Shown: positions 11,852-23,985, numbered from the stretch's first letter. The stretch is 35,156 bases of DNA from Chiloscyllium plagiosum (GCF_004010195.1 NC_057718.1:47204527-47239682), one strand, 5' to 3'. Notes: generated by a model not told the origin, from the sequence alone. Made by a program: numbers and translations.

Positions 11852-14800
11852 AGAACTAGGAACAGGCCATTTGACCACTTGAGCCTACTTCACCTTTCAG
11901 TATATGATCCTCTATCTCAATGCCATACTCTTGATTTCTCTCCATACCCCTTGATGCCTTTAATGCTTTTTTAAAAATCTTGCTCTCGCGCTCGCTCTCG
12001 CGCTCGCTCTCGCGCTCGCTCTCGCGCTCGCTCTCGCGTTCGCTCTCGCGTTCGCTCTCGCGTTCGCTCTCGTGCTCGCTCTCGTGCTCGCTCTCGTGCT
12101 CGCTCTCGTGCTCGCGCTCGCTCTCGCTCTCGTGCTCGCGCTCGCTCTCGCTCTCGTGCTCGCTCTCGCTCTCGTGCTCGCGCTCGCTCTCGCTCTCGTG
12201 CTCGCGCTCGCTCGCTCTCTCTCTCTCGCTCGCTCTCTCGCTCACTCACGCTGATCTGGCCTCCACGGACTTCCATGGGAGTGACTTTCACAGGTTGACC
12301 GTCATCTTTTTGAAGAAATGTTTCCTTATCTCAGTTCTAAATTGCCTACCTTGTATTCTAAGACTATGACCTCTGATTCTAGATTTCCCAAACATAGGAA
12401 ACATCCTCCCTGCATCTAGTTGGTTTAGTCATTTTAGTTGGTTGATCCCTTTTTATGTGTTCACACTTCCTAAAATATCACTCTTTAAATAATGCTGTAC
12501 CTTTTTTGTTATTCACACCAAGGTGTACAATTTCACAGTTATCCATGTTCTACTGTATCTGCCATGTTTGCTTTTGCACACAACTTCTTCAAATCATCCT
12601 GAAGCCTCCTTGCATCTTCCTCTCAACTCTCGATCCCATCTAGCTTTGTGCCATTAGCAAATAGCGAAATATTACATTTGGTTCCCACATCATTTATGTA
12701 TAAATGACTTGGATGCAATATATATTTTGTGAATAGCTGAGTCTCGAGCATTGATCCCTATGGTGTACCACTAGTCACTACCTGAGATCCAGAAAAAGAT
12801 TAATTTATTCCCACAGTTTCCATATCAGTATGTTAGCCCCGATGCCACGTGCTTTAATTTTGCCTATTAATCTCTTTTTATAATAGGACCTTATCGAAAG
12901 CTTTCAGGAAATCCAAAAACACATTACCTGGTTCTCCCTTACCTCCTCTTCTAGTTCCAGCCTCAAAAAAACTCCAGTAGCTTAGTTGAGCATGTTTTCC
13001 ATGTGTTTTGTTAACACATCTTTTATAATAGATTCTAGTGTTTATACACTACTGATGTTAGGCTAACTGATCTGTCTTTTTTTTCCTCTTTCTTTTAAAC
13101 AATAGTAGGGTTACATTGCTACCCTGCAATCTATAGGAACTGATCCAGTCTATAAAGTTTTGGAAGATGACCACCAATTTACCCAATATTTCAAGGGCCA
13201 CTTCCTTTAGTACTCCAGTTACAGATTATCGGGCCCTGAGGATTTGTCAGCCTGTAACCCCATTAATTACTAATCTTTATATAACGCTGATTTTCTTAAC
13301 TTTTACTATTCCTAACTTCTCTAATATTTCTTGGAAATTATTTGTGAAGACACAACCAAAATGTGTATTCAACTCTTCTGCCATTTCTTTATTTCCCATT
13401 ATAATTCCCACTTTTGACTAAGAAATCTACATTTCTCAACGCTAATCTTTTCCTGTTCACATATTTATAGAAGATATTACAGTCAGATTTTATGTCCATA
13501 CAAGTCAGACATTATTCACCGCCTTTTCAAACTTTTTGTCCTCTTTTGAACATATGAACTAGAAGCAGGTGTATGCAATTCACTCAGTTCCACCATTAAA
13601 TATGATCGTATCCATTTTCTTGCCTGCTGTCCAGAACCCCACTTCAAGTACTAATTTAAAAATCTATCCATCCCCTTAAATGTACTCAGTCCTGGCTTCC
13701 GCCATGGCGTTAGGTTGTGAATTCTCCAGGTCTGCTGAATTCTAACTTGCTTCCAGTCTTCAGGTTTGCTGCTTTTTCTCGCAATTTGTTTCTCCTCTTT
13801 AGATCTCCCATCAGCCATAATTTATTTTGTCAGCCATAGTCGAGCCACCTTTCCTGTTCTATTTTTGTGCTGGATTGGAAAGAATAATTGTCATATATGC
13901 ATATGTTCTTTAAATATTAGCTGTTACCTATCCACTGCCAATCCTTTAACGTTTTCTCAATTTATTATCGCCAACTTGCACTTCAGGCCATCATATTTCC
14001 CTTTTATTTAGATTCAGGGCCCCAATTTCAGATTCAGTGACATGGCCCATCTTAATAAATAATTTTGTCATTTTATCATTGCTCTTCTGCAATGGACCTA
14101 GGACAACAGGAATGTTAATCCTTTCTCATTGCGTAATACCCAATCTAGGGTAGCCCGCTCTCTAGTCAGTTCTTCAAGATATTATTCTTAAAATATGTAC
14201 ACCACTAAAACACATTCACTCCAGGAAATCATCCTCTGTTATTTGCTAATTTGGTTTGCCCAATCAATGTAGATTAAAGTCACCCATGATTACAATTATA
14301 CCCTTATGGCATGCATCTCTAATCTCCTTTCTCTGTCTACAGGCAAATGCAAGAGAAAATCCCCAACATTGTTTCTGCCGTTGATGTTTCTTAGTTCCAC
14401 CTGAGCAGAATCCAAATCATTATTTTATGAGCCAATATCCTTCCTCATTGTGGGCATGGAAGATCCTTTACGAATAATGGTTCCCACACCTTCTTTCCTT
14501 ATTTGCCTGGCCTGCCTAAATATTGAATACTCCTGGATGTTCATTTCACGACCTTAGTCAGTCTGTAGTTATGCCTGTGTAATTGCAGCTTTATTATAAC
14601 TGTATATCTATTTGTGCTATTAATTCATCTGTCTTACTGCCAATGCTCCACCACATTAACATGCAGTGCCTATAATTTTGCTCATTTAACCTTATTAGTT
14701 GTCTTTATTTTGCACTATGACACCATTTGGTTCTTGTTCTTGTTTTTTCTGCCTATTTTTGTACTTTTGTCTTTGATTTCTATCCTTGGGTCTAGCATCT

Positions 14801-15310
14801 CTGACTCCATGCTCAGGTTCCCATTCCCCTGCTATTGTAGTTTAAATCCTCCCTGACAGAATGAACAAATAGCTCCCCCTTGCAAAGATATTAGTCCTAT
14901 TCCTGGTTCTGTCCAGATGCAACTCGTCCTGTTTGTAGTAATTTAATCTTTCCCAGAACCAGTTCTAGTATCCCACAAATCTGAATTTTTCCCTTTACGC
15001 CATTTCTTCAGCCACATATTCATTGAGTATACCCTGTTATTTCGATACCTGTCAGGATGTAGCACTGGGTAGCAGTTTTGAGATCCAACTTTATAGTGCG
15101 TGCTAACTTCCTAAACTCCTCTTGTGCAATTTAATCCATTTTTCCACTTTTATATCATTGGTACTGATATGTGACAACCTTTAGCAGTTTACTCTCCCTC
15201 TTCAACATGCACTGCAGCTTCTCCAAGACATCCTTGATGCTGCTACCATGGAAGTAATATACCTTTTGTGGAGTCTCTCTCTTGCAGCACCAAACCTTCT
15301 GTTCTCCTTA
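11852..15310 (-). mobile_element. Long degenerate CR1 LINE (3'UTR, RT, endonuclease and ORF1 remnants) with a nested CR1 3' end at ~13550-13735
   Basis: Antisense 3' end at 11852; antisense RT motifs (AGCTTTGTGCCATTAGCAAA = FANGTKL; CCTTATCGAAAGCTTTCAGGAAATCC = DFLKAFDK); EN motif ATTAAAGTCACCCATGAT = IMGDFN; esterase-like ORF1 remnant TCATTGGTAC at ~15155. Confidence 0.8.
11982..12250. repeat. CpG-rich compound microsatellite, ~12-nt period (CTCGCGCTCGCT / CTCGTGCTCGCT) grading to (CT)n
   Basis: Directly visible tandem array. Confidence 0.97.
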
Positions 15311-15699
15311 CTGATGGGCAGTAAACAGATGCTCAATATTGGCATGCCTCAAGAACAAGAAAGATTTTCTGTAAATTCTTTTGAAATGTAGGTGAATAAA
15401 GGCTTATTAAATATGGTTGACCCCCAGTGAGGAAGAAATGGCTTCAGGAAGATCCGACGATTGAGTTTGGCAGTAAAACTTCAAGTTAGATTATGCTTAA
15501 TTTTGGGAAAGTTTAACAGCAAGTGGTTTTTATAGCCAGATGTTTACAGCTATATAACAAATGGATTATCTCGCAGAATATTAAGTCTGTAGGCCTTTGA
15601 AGGATTTCCAAGAATGTTCAATTTGTTAATCTAATTTTTTGCAGGAGAATGTAATTGTGATGTGCAAGAACTAATGTTAATGCAATTTTGTTCTCCCAG

Positions 15700-15975
15700 C
15701 ATTTACCAACATTTATGGAGAAAGCTGAAGGACTTTTGCAAACTCTAACTCTTGTTCCCATTATGAAGCAATCCCAGACAAACAAAGCAATATTCTCAAC
15801 CTCCACAGAGATGTGTTTCCAAAATAGCAATGAACAAACTCTGCTGCTTGGAAAATCTGATGTCACTCCCATAGAAACTGAAAGACAATTGAAGAGTCGT
15901 AAGTCACACAAAAGTAAAGTACATTCTTCCATTAATCGAAAATATCCAAAGCGAAGACTGCATCTTGGTCAATAA
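15700..15975 (+). CDS. NSL1: NSL1 terminal coding exon (91 aa plus TAA)
   Basis: Branch-point-like ACTAAT ~15670, acceptor ttgttctcccAG; HLPTFMEKAEGLLQTLTLVP..KAIF..VTPIET..RKYPKRRLHL aligns to human SLPALIEQGEGFSQVLRMQP..QEVF..TTPTET..RKWYPLRPKKINL. Confidence 0.93.
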   Translation, partial: HLPTFMEKAEGLLQTLTLVPIMKQSQTNKAIFSTSTEMCFQNSNEQTLLLGKSDVTPIETERQLKSRKSHKSKVHSSINRKYPKRRLHLGQ

Positions 15976-16750
15976 TCCTGCAAAACATTCAGCGGCAACA
16001 GATAGCTTGTACATTAATAGCATGGTTTTTTTTTAGTATTTTTAGCCAGGTTTGGTGTAAAGTTCAATCGTTGGCATCTCAGTTTGGAAGTGCTTAGAGT
16101 ACAGTCCACAAAGATATTTATCCAATTGTTTATTCATGTAAGAATGTATACTAATAATGTCCAGCCCTGAGGAGAGGTCTTAACGTGAGAAAATTAATTA
16201 GATTTGAGAATTGTTTGAATAGATGAAACCTAAAACATATTTGTCATCTAATTTGCAAGAGAGTTAACCTTGTTCAGATTTTTGTATTTCAGAATCTGAC
16301 TCAATATTGTTTAATGTTAGAGTTCCATTCCTGTTTTAGGACTAAAATCCCCAGAAAAGATTTTTAAAATTATGTATAAATAGCTTGATTTTTTTTTTTG
16401 TAATCGTTACTTTTTTCTCTGCTTTCTGTTAATTTACTTTGTAATGAAATACTAGATATGTTCATTTAAGAGCAGTCTCTAATTGTGACTGTCAGTTACT
16501 TCACATCTAACAAATGATGACTCCGTTAAAGAGAATTTGTATAAACATTGCATGGAAAATGAAACTGAAATGAATTTATATAAATGGACAGTGAAATGTG
16601 AATAGTTGATTGGCCACTTCTAACTATCTTGTGTAAGATAAGTTTTTTTTAAAAGTGTGGAATAACACATACTTACTGGTTCTTTGAATATTGTAAACTT
16701 CAAAATTGTAAATATCCAATGTCTATCTTTGTATGTTTCTCATAATTTTA

Positions 16751-16756
16751 AATAAA
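16751..16756 (+). terminator. Candidate NSL1 polyadenylation signal (3'UTR ~15976-16780)
   Basis: AATAAA at the end of an AT-rich, repeat-free stretch, followed by T-rich sequence; ATTAAA at ~16796. Confidence 0.55.
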
Positions 16757-16859
16757 CTTAAGATACATATATATTGTATAACTATATTTTTCTTAATTAA
16801 AAGCTGGCAAACTTTTCATGGCACTTTTCTAGCAGGAACAATGTAGCTTTTTCTAACTT

Positions 16860-17700
16860 GTTCATGGTATGAGAGAATCACTGATAGGTCCAGTATGTTT
16901 TGCACATTCTTTAACTCACTTGAGAATTTGATAGTGAGCTACCATAATGAACTCATGCAATCTAACGTGGTGCAGTTGCACTTACAATGCTCTTAAAGGG
17001 GTGACAAAGTTCTGACCCAACAATGGTGAAAGAATACATGACAAAGTCAAGATGATGAGGAACTTGCAAGTGGTGTGTTCCTATGTTTCTGTTCACCTTG
17101 TTTTAGATTTACTGTTGGAAAGTAGCTGCAGTACATCTGTACACTGATATTGAAGGGACTTCACGTTTTTAAAGTAGTGGATGGCAGCTTTTTCCTGGAT
17201 GGTGTTGAGCATCTTGTGTTGGACTCGTACCTAACCAAACAAATAGAGAGTACTTTGGTCACTCTTGTGACTTGTATCTTGTGGATCATGCAGTTGGGGT
17301 GTTGTGATGTTAATGCTGTTGGACATTAAGCAGAGATGGTTAGACCCTTTAAGTTGAACCTCATGATTGCCTGGTACATGAATGGCACAAATGCTACTTG
17401 TGACTTTTAACAGGCAGCATTCAATCTTGGGTTAATGTTGTCATCATCTGTGGAGTTGCAAATCATACTGAGTACTGCAGTTATCACTGAAGATCTTCAG
17501 TTCTAACCATGTATTGGAAGGGAAGGCCATTGGTGAAGCAGCCAAGATGGTTGGATTTGGAAATGACTGAAGATCCCCTGCAGTGATGTACTTGGGCTGA
17601 GATTTTCTTCGGCTACCAACAACCACCATCTTCCTTTATGCTAGATATGATTAGCAAGAAGAGTTTTCCCACTTTTTCGTTGATTTCACCTTTTCTAGAG
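16860..17700 (-). mobile_element. Degenerate CR1/L2-type LINE, 3' portion
   Basis: Collinear with 8735-9750 (GTGGTGTGTTCCTATGT..; TGAAGCAGCCAAGATGGTTGG; AACAACCACCATCTTCCTT). Confidence 0.65.
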
Positions 17701-18489
17701 GTATACAGGTAATTTGGACAAGTAGGGGGAAAATGCTGGTCATTGTGTAGCCACGTGTACAGAGGCCTGCAAAATATTGGGAGGACTATCAAGTTGAAGA
17801 ATGCAAGTTCAAGTAAACTTATTCTCAGTCCCAGAAAACAGGTTGGACTCTTGTGTTATGAACCCCGTAGTGACTAACTTTTCAAAAAATATTTTACTTC
17901 CAGTTAGCCACTGAAAATCACAAAATTTAAGACTACTTAATGAAATAAACTAAAAGGCAAATCGACAAAACTCTATTTCATTAGGTGACTATAGTCTAAA
18001 CTACAGAAATATTTCTCCACTTTTTGAAATGTTTGAAAATTCCCAAGTGTATCCAGAATTATCACCGATGCCTTTGCAATTGTCCAAAGGTGTGGATATC
18101 TTGCATTTTATTTCCAATAATTCAACCTGGGTTTATTGTTTTCCTAGCAACCAAGCTCCTGGGCATGTTTTCAAGCAAGATTTGCATGACCTCTTTCAAT
18201 ACTCTTCAGTTCTGTATAAAGGCAGTTTGAACCAAAGCACCATGAACTTCACTGTAGGTACAGCAAAGAGATAGGTCTTGAACCCATCCCAGCTATTCAT
18301 GTTTACATGTATGTTCTAGTCCAGAATTCCTTGGTAATGCGGATAGAAAGGCTCCCAATTCATTTTTTATCACAAAGGTGATCAAGTATCTCCTGCTCTT
18401 AGCATTGCAATGGCATTGGCATAGATTAATATAAGTTGATACTTAAATTGTTTGGACACTCCTTGATTATCAAATGCTAAATCCCCAGA

Positions 18490-19340
18490 ACTTTGAATCA
18501 AAGGCTGGATATTGCCATAAGAGGAGCTGAACAATGGCTGGTGGACTTCAATTTGGATAAATGTGCAGTGTTGCATTTGGTTCAACAAACAGGCAGGACT
18601 TCTACAATTAATGGTAGACCCTTGGTTAGTGTTGTAGAGCAGAGGGGTGTAAGGGTTCAGGTACATAATTCCTTGAAGTTTGCATCACATATAAACAGTG
18701 GTTAAGGTGTTTAGCACCTTTTATTGCTCAGTCCTTTGAGTATAGGAATTGGGAAATCATGCTGAGGTTGTACAGGACATTGATGAGGCCTCTTCTGGAA
18801 TGCTGTGTCCAATTGTCATCAACATGCTATAAGCTAGAGAGGTTCTGGATTTATCTTCTCAAAACTCGCTAACCTAAAGAGGTTTCAGAAGAGATTTAAC
18901 AGGATGTTGCTGGATATGGAAGGTTTGAGTTATATGGATAGGCTGGGACTTTTTTCATTGGAACGTAGAAGATTAAGAGGTGACCTTTTATAGAGGTTTA
19001 TAAAATGAGGGGTATAGATACAGTTAATGGTAGGTGTCTTCCCTAGAATGGGGGACTTCAGGATGAGGGAGCGTAATTTTAAGATGAGAGGAGAAAGATT
19101 TTAAAAAGTGTATGAGAGGTAACACTTTAGAGTGGTTCATATATGGGATGAATTGCCAGAGGAAGTGGTTGATGCAGGTAGTTATAATGTTTAAAAGACA
19201 TTTGGGTAGATCCATGAATAGCAAATGTTTGGAGGAATTTGGGTCAGGAGCAGGCAGGTGGGAATGGTTTAGTTTGGGAACATAGGTGGCATGGACCCGT
19301 TGGGCTGAAGGGTCTGTTTTCATGCTGTATGAATCTGACT
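18490..19340 (+). mobile_element. 5'-truncated CR1 (HER1-like) LINE
   Basis: AEQWLVDFNLDKCAVLHL, GLFSLERRRLRGDL motifs; tail GGGCTGAAGGGTCTGTTTCATGCTGTATGAATCT. Confidence 0.9.
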
Positions 19341-19659
19341 GACCCTTCAGTAATTCATCTCCTCTTAAATTAGCTTGATGGTTCCAATTAAGGACAAACA
19401 TTTTAACTTTATTTTTGCTAGTCCCAAGTTCTTGATAGGTATCTTTGATGAGAAAACAATACTAGTGTGAGGGTTAGGGCTTGTGATCATCTAATCTACA
19501 TTTAGTGAATTAGCAAAGTAACACCAGTTATTTGGGCCGATCATAAGTAAAAATGCACACTTTTTCTAGGTATTGAATGCGATGTGATGGGTAAGTAAAC
19601 TTTTAATTACATATCTAGCATTAGTTCTACACTTTCAGTTATTTTAGAATATTGCTTTT

Positions 19660-19974
19660 GGGCAGCACGGTGGCTCAATGGTTAGCACTGCTGCCTTACA
19701 AAGCCAGGAACCCGGGTTCGATTCCAGCCTCTGGTGACTAAATGGAGTTTGCACATTCTCCCTGTGTCTGCGTGGGTTCCCTTCGGGTGCTCCGGTTTCC
19801 TCCCACAGTCCAAAGATGTGCAGATCAGGTGGATTGGCCATACTAAATTGCCCATTGTGTAAGGTGCATCATGCAGAGGGAAATGGGTCTGGGTCGGATT
19901 CTCTTCGGAGGGTCGGTGTGGACTTGTTGGGCGGAAGAGCCTGTTTCCACACTGAAGGTAATCTAAATCTAATC
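19660..19974 (+). mobile_element. HE1-type (V-SINE superfamily) shark SINE, full length
   Basis: A-box TGGCTCAATGG, B-box GGTTCGATTCC, V-domain GGAGTTTGCACATTCTCCCTGTGTCTGCGTGGGTT..CTCCGGTTTCCTCCCACAGTCCAAAGATGTGC, CR1-like tail CCTGTTTCCACACTG plus AATCT repeats. Confidence 0.92.
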
Positions 19975-20134
19975 CATTCAGAGGATTGCATAAGAGCTGG
20001 TACCACTCTTGCAAGAGGAGATAATTGCACATTTACCAAGATTGTTTCAGTGGCCAAGTTAGGTGTAAGATTAAATAATGGAAATATAAAATAAGAACAA
20101 GACCTAGGACTTTTAATAGCAAATATTGGGATTA

Positions 20135-20292
20135 TTGAGTTCTGGCAACATCTGTGCGCACACAAATGGAACTAGCATTCTGAAAAGCCATTGACACAAA
20201 ATATTGTTTCTCCTTCCACAGATGTGTCCAGATTTGCTGAGGACATCTAATATTATTTTGGGTTTCCAGCATCTCTGGTATTTTGCTTCTGC
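20135..20292. mobile_element. Degenerate fold-back (Penelope-related) short element
   Basis: TCTGGCAACATCTGTG ... CACAGATGTGTCCAGA inverted arms and tail TTTCCAGCATCTCTGGTATTTTGC; similar to 29645-29830 and 28938-29127. Confidence 0.5.
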
Positions 20293-20449
20293 CATTAAAG
20301 TGGAAATTGATTTATGTCAGTATACCTTGATCCAATCAGGCATGTAACCATAAACTCTAAGCCAGGCCAAAGCATAAGAGGTAGTTAGTAAATATGTGTG
20401 CATGAAATTGAAGGCAACTGACTAATAAGAAATTGCTTAGGAGATTGAA

Positions 20450-21035
20450 GACAAGTTGGAATAATTGGTTTGTACGCCTTGGAAAGATGTGTCTTATCGT
20501 GTCCTTCTGCAATTGAGACTCAGCTATTCACTATTCAGTCTTTCAATGAAGTAATCAATGAACTAATTTTTCTGACACAGCACCAGATGGCACAGTAAAT
20601 AGTGTTACAAAGGTACATTTATATAGAAGTTAGCAGATGAGACCCTTAAAAGATGTTTAATGTGGGAAAGTGTGAGGTCTTCCATTTTAAACCCAAAATG
20701 GATCAGACTGTAGGCTAAATGGCAAGAGTGGGGATACTTTGACTGCTAACTATTAGCTTTTACTGATTTCTGTATGAAAATTAAAAGATGTAAGGATTTT
20801 TTATTTCATTACAGCTGAATTGCAACAAAGGTGAAGTTGTTATAACCATATAGAGTGATGTGTTCAGTTCTGAGTACCTTATGAAGCAGATATTGGCCAT
20901 GTTGCTCTGTGTTGCAGTAAATGTTAAAAGGGTTACATTATCAGGATAAATTGCCTGGACTAAGTTTGTAATCATTTGAGCATTGAAGATTAAAGATAGT
21001 TTACTTAACATGTTTAAGATGATTAAAGGAAGTGA
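20450..21035 (+). mobile_element. Highly degenerate CR1 RT fragment
   Basis: TTTAATGTGGGAAAGTGTGAGGT (FNVGKCEV) and TGTTTAAGATGATTAAAGG remnants. Confidence 0.5.
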
Positions 21036-21042
21036 AACCATG

Positions 21043-21272
21043 GAATCATAGAATCCCTACAGTGTGGAAACAGGCTGTTCGGCCCACCAAGTCCATGCCG
21101 ACCCTCTGAAGAACATTCCACTCCGACCTAACCCCCACCCTATCCCTGTAACCCTCCATTTCCTGTGGCTAATGGACCTAACCTAACTCCCTGAACACTG
21201 AGAAATTTAGCATGGCTAATCCACCGAAATTGTACGTCGTTGGACTTTGGGAGGAAATCGAATGTCCTGGCG
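21043..21272 (-). mobile_element. HE1-type SINE, 3' part
   Basis: Antisense tail GAATCATAGAATCCCTACAGTGTGGAAACAGGC and AATTTAGCATGGCTAATCCACC..TTGGACTTTGGGAGGAAA; reverse complement of ~19795-19960. Confidence 0.85.
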
Positions 21273-21429
21273 GACCATTTCCCATGGTAGGGACTCTAAA
21301 ATAATGGCATGTAATGGCTCAAATCTTGGAATGTTTGTACCATTGAAATCTGGACTTGAGTTCAGAGAAGTATCAGGATCCAGCAGAAGACCTGCCACAA
21401 CCTTGTGCTATAGATGTCCAGGAAATTTA

Positions 21430-21798
21430 TGATTCGGAGATGCCAGTGTTGGACTGGGGTGTACAAAGTTAAAAATCACACAAACCAGGTTATAGTCCAA
21501 CAGGTTTAATTGGAAGCACACTAGCTTTCGGAGCGATGCTCCTTCAGGTGATTGTGGAGGGCTCGATCGTAACAGAATTTATAGCAATAATTTGCTGTGT
21601 GATGTAACTGAAATTATACATTGAAGAATTGATTGATTCTTCAATGTATAATTTCAGTTACATCACACTGCAAATTTTTGCTATAAATTCTGTTATGATC
21701 GAGCCCTCCATAATCACCTGATGAAGGAGCGTCGCTCCGAAAGCTAGTATGCTTCCAATTAAACCTGTTGGACTATAACTGGTGTTGTGATTTTTAAC
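21430..21798 (-). mobile_element. Penelope-like element remnant: inverted pseudo-LTR pair with a 38-nt tail and hammerhead motifs
   Basis: ~162-bp inverted arms 21468-21629 and 21636-21798; unpaired extension 21430-21467; direct repeat CAGGAAATTTA at 21419-21429 and 21799-21809. Confidence 0.8.
21715..21749 (+). ncRNA. Minimal type-I hammerhead ribozyme motif
   Basis: CAC-CTGATGA-A-GGAGC-gtc-GCTCC-GAAAGCT-A-GTA: conserved core CUGAUGA/GAAA, 5-bp stem II, palindromic AGCU stem III. Confidence 0.7.
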
Positions 21799-22097
21799 CA
21801 GGAAATTTAAACTTCCATTGTACATCCTTTACAACCTTGATCAGTGTGTCAAGGACTTGGACTAGACTTGTGGAACTTACAATGCAAAAGTAACACTGTT
21901 TACACTTGATATAATTCAGATTAACCATTGTGACTGAACTGAATACTATAACTGACACTGCCAATACTCACTGACCCAACTAACCCTACCACAACACTCT
22001 CTCTAAGCTGTAGAAGCAAAGTAAACCATCCCACTGAGTCTATTCCACCATTCAATGAGATTATGGCTGATCTGAATATCTTTAGCTCTATTCTCCT

Positions 22098-23302
22098 TCT
22101 TGATTAATCATGTCACAAAGAGGATTGATGAGGGCAGAGAGGTGGACATGATCCATGTGGACTTCAATAAGGTGTTTGACAAGTTTCCCTTTGCTACACT
22201 GGTTAGTAAGGTTAGATCTCATGGGATACTGAGACAACTAGCCATTTGGATATGGAACTGGTGGAGAGTTGCTTTTCGGACTGGGAACCTGTGACTAGTG
22301 CCACAGGAATCGGCGCTGGGTCCACTACTTTTCGTCATTTATATAAATGATTTGGATATAAACATAGGGGGTATAATTAATAAGTTTGCAGATGACACCA
22401 AAATTGAAGGTATAGTGGACAGCGAAGAAGGTTACCTCGGAGTACAACGGGATCTTGATCTTGGCGTACAACGGGTCAATACACTGAAGAGTGGCAGATG
22501 GAGTTTAATTTAGATAAATGCACGGTGCTGCATTTTGGAAAAGCAAATCTTAGCAGGACTTATACATTTAATGGTAAGGTCCTAGCGAGTGTTGCTGAAC
22601 AAAGAGACCTTGGAGTGTAGGTTCATAATTCCTTGAAAGTAGAGTCACCGATAGATAGGATAGTGAAGGCGGCGTTTGGTATGCTTTCCTTTATTGGTCA
22701 GAATATTGAGTACAGGAGTAGGGAGGTCATGTTGCAGCTGTACAGGACGTTGGTTAGGCCACTTTTGGAATATTGCATGCAACTCTGGTTTCCTACCTAT
22801 CAGAAGGATGTTGTGAAACTTGAAAGGGTTCAGAAAAGATTTACAAGGATGTTGTCAGAATTGGAGGATCTGAGCTAAAGGGAGAGGCTGAATCAGCTGG
22901 GGCTGTTTTACCTGGAGTGTCAGAGGCTGACCTTACAGAGGTTTATAAAATCATGAGGGGCATGTATAGGATAAATAGACACAGTCTTTTCCCAGGGGTG
23001 AGGGAGTCCAGAACTACAGGACATAGGTTTAGGGTAAGAGGGGAAAGATACAAAAGGAACGTATGGAGCAACTTTTTCACATAGAGGGTGGTGTGTGTAT
23101 GGAATGAGCTGCCAGAGGAAGTGGTGGAGGCTGCTACAATTGCAGCATTTAAAAGGCATCTGGATATGAATAGGAATGGTTTAGAGGGATATGGATCAAG
23201 TGCTGGAAAATGGGACTAGATTAGGTTAGGATAGCTGGTCGGCATGGATGAGTTGGACCAAGGGATCTGTTTCCATGCTGTACATCTCCATGACTCTGTG
23301 AC
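22098..23302 (+). mobile_element. 5'-truncated CR1 (HER1-like) LINE, relatively young
   Basis: DFNKVFDK, PQESALGPLLFVIYINDLD, KFADDTKI, LYRTLVRPLLEYC, KLERVQKRFTRM; tail CTGTTTCCATGCTGTACATCTCCATGACTCT. Confidence 0.95.
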
Positions 23303-23599
23303 ACTCTGTCCTTCCTATAATGTGGCTGCATATGAGTTAGTACCTGAGACATACAGGCAAAAGTTCTGGAATTTAAGGAAGCAGCCTAGGCAACTCTAAA
23401 TTGAATTAGCAAGATTTAAGCAAAGTAATTTTGACAAGTGGAGAATAGCATGTGTAATGTTCTTAGAGACATTATTCTCTTCGTGGAATTTAAAACTTAC
23501 CACTTTCCATAGTAAATAAAGCTGAGGACCAAATGGTCCAAACTGCTACATTGGCAGTGATAATGGCTGACAATTTAAAAGCATGAAAGAGCAGTAGTG

Positions 23600-23985
23600 A
23601 AGGGGAATTAGTTAGGGGAGCAGACTGGCAATTCTACTGTGGTGGACATCACTCCAGGATGGTTTGTTGCCTCCCTGGTGCAAGTATCAAGGATGTCATA
23701 GGGTTGCTGCAGGTTATTCCTCTGCAAAGGCTGAATAGCCAAGGTCATGGTCCACAGTGGTACCAATAACATTGGTGGGAAGGAGGCAGTGGTCCTGAAG
23801 TCAGAATTTAGGGAGCCATGTAACAAAAAAATTAGCAAACAGGACCTCAAAGTGGTAATCTCTGGTTTTGTTCCCAGTACCATGAAGTGAGTACAATAAT
23901 AAGAGGATAAGACAGGTGAAAGTGTAGCTGTAAAAGTGATGCAAGTGTAGTGGCTTTAAATTCCTAAGTCATTCTGACTGGCTCT
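23600..23985 (+). mobile_element. CR1 ORF1 (SGNH/GDSL esterase) remnant
   Basis: MVCCLPGASIKDV and VMVHSGTNNIG motifs, followed by KVVISG. Confidence 0.7.

Noticed and set aside
11856..12369. Low-complexity ORFs (SERE/RERA/LSRS/LALV repeats)
   Set aside because: Translations of the microsatellite; no stop codons simply because of base composition.
15618..15932. Antisense ORFs over NSL1 and BATF3 exons (also 3614-3880, 30086-30391, 30414-30650)
   Set aside because: Shadow frames of real exons with no recognisable homology.
19660..19735. tRNA gene (A/B boxes; also ~4275-4340)
   Set aside because: SINE heads continuing into SINE bodies; no complete cloverleaf.
21468..21798. Pre-miRNA or classical MITE reading of the palindrome
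   Set aside because: Too long and perfect for a pre-miRNA; the asymmetric 38-nt tail, long TSD and hammerhead core fit a Penelope-like element better.
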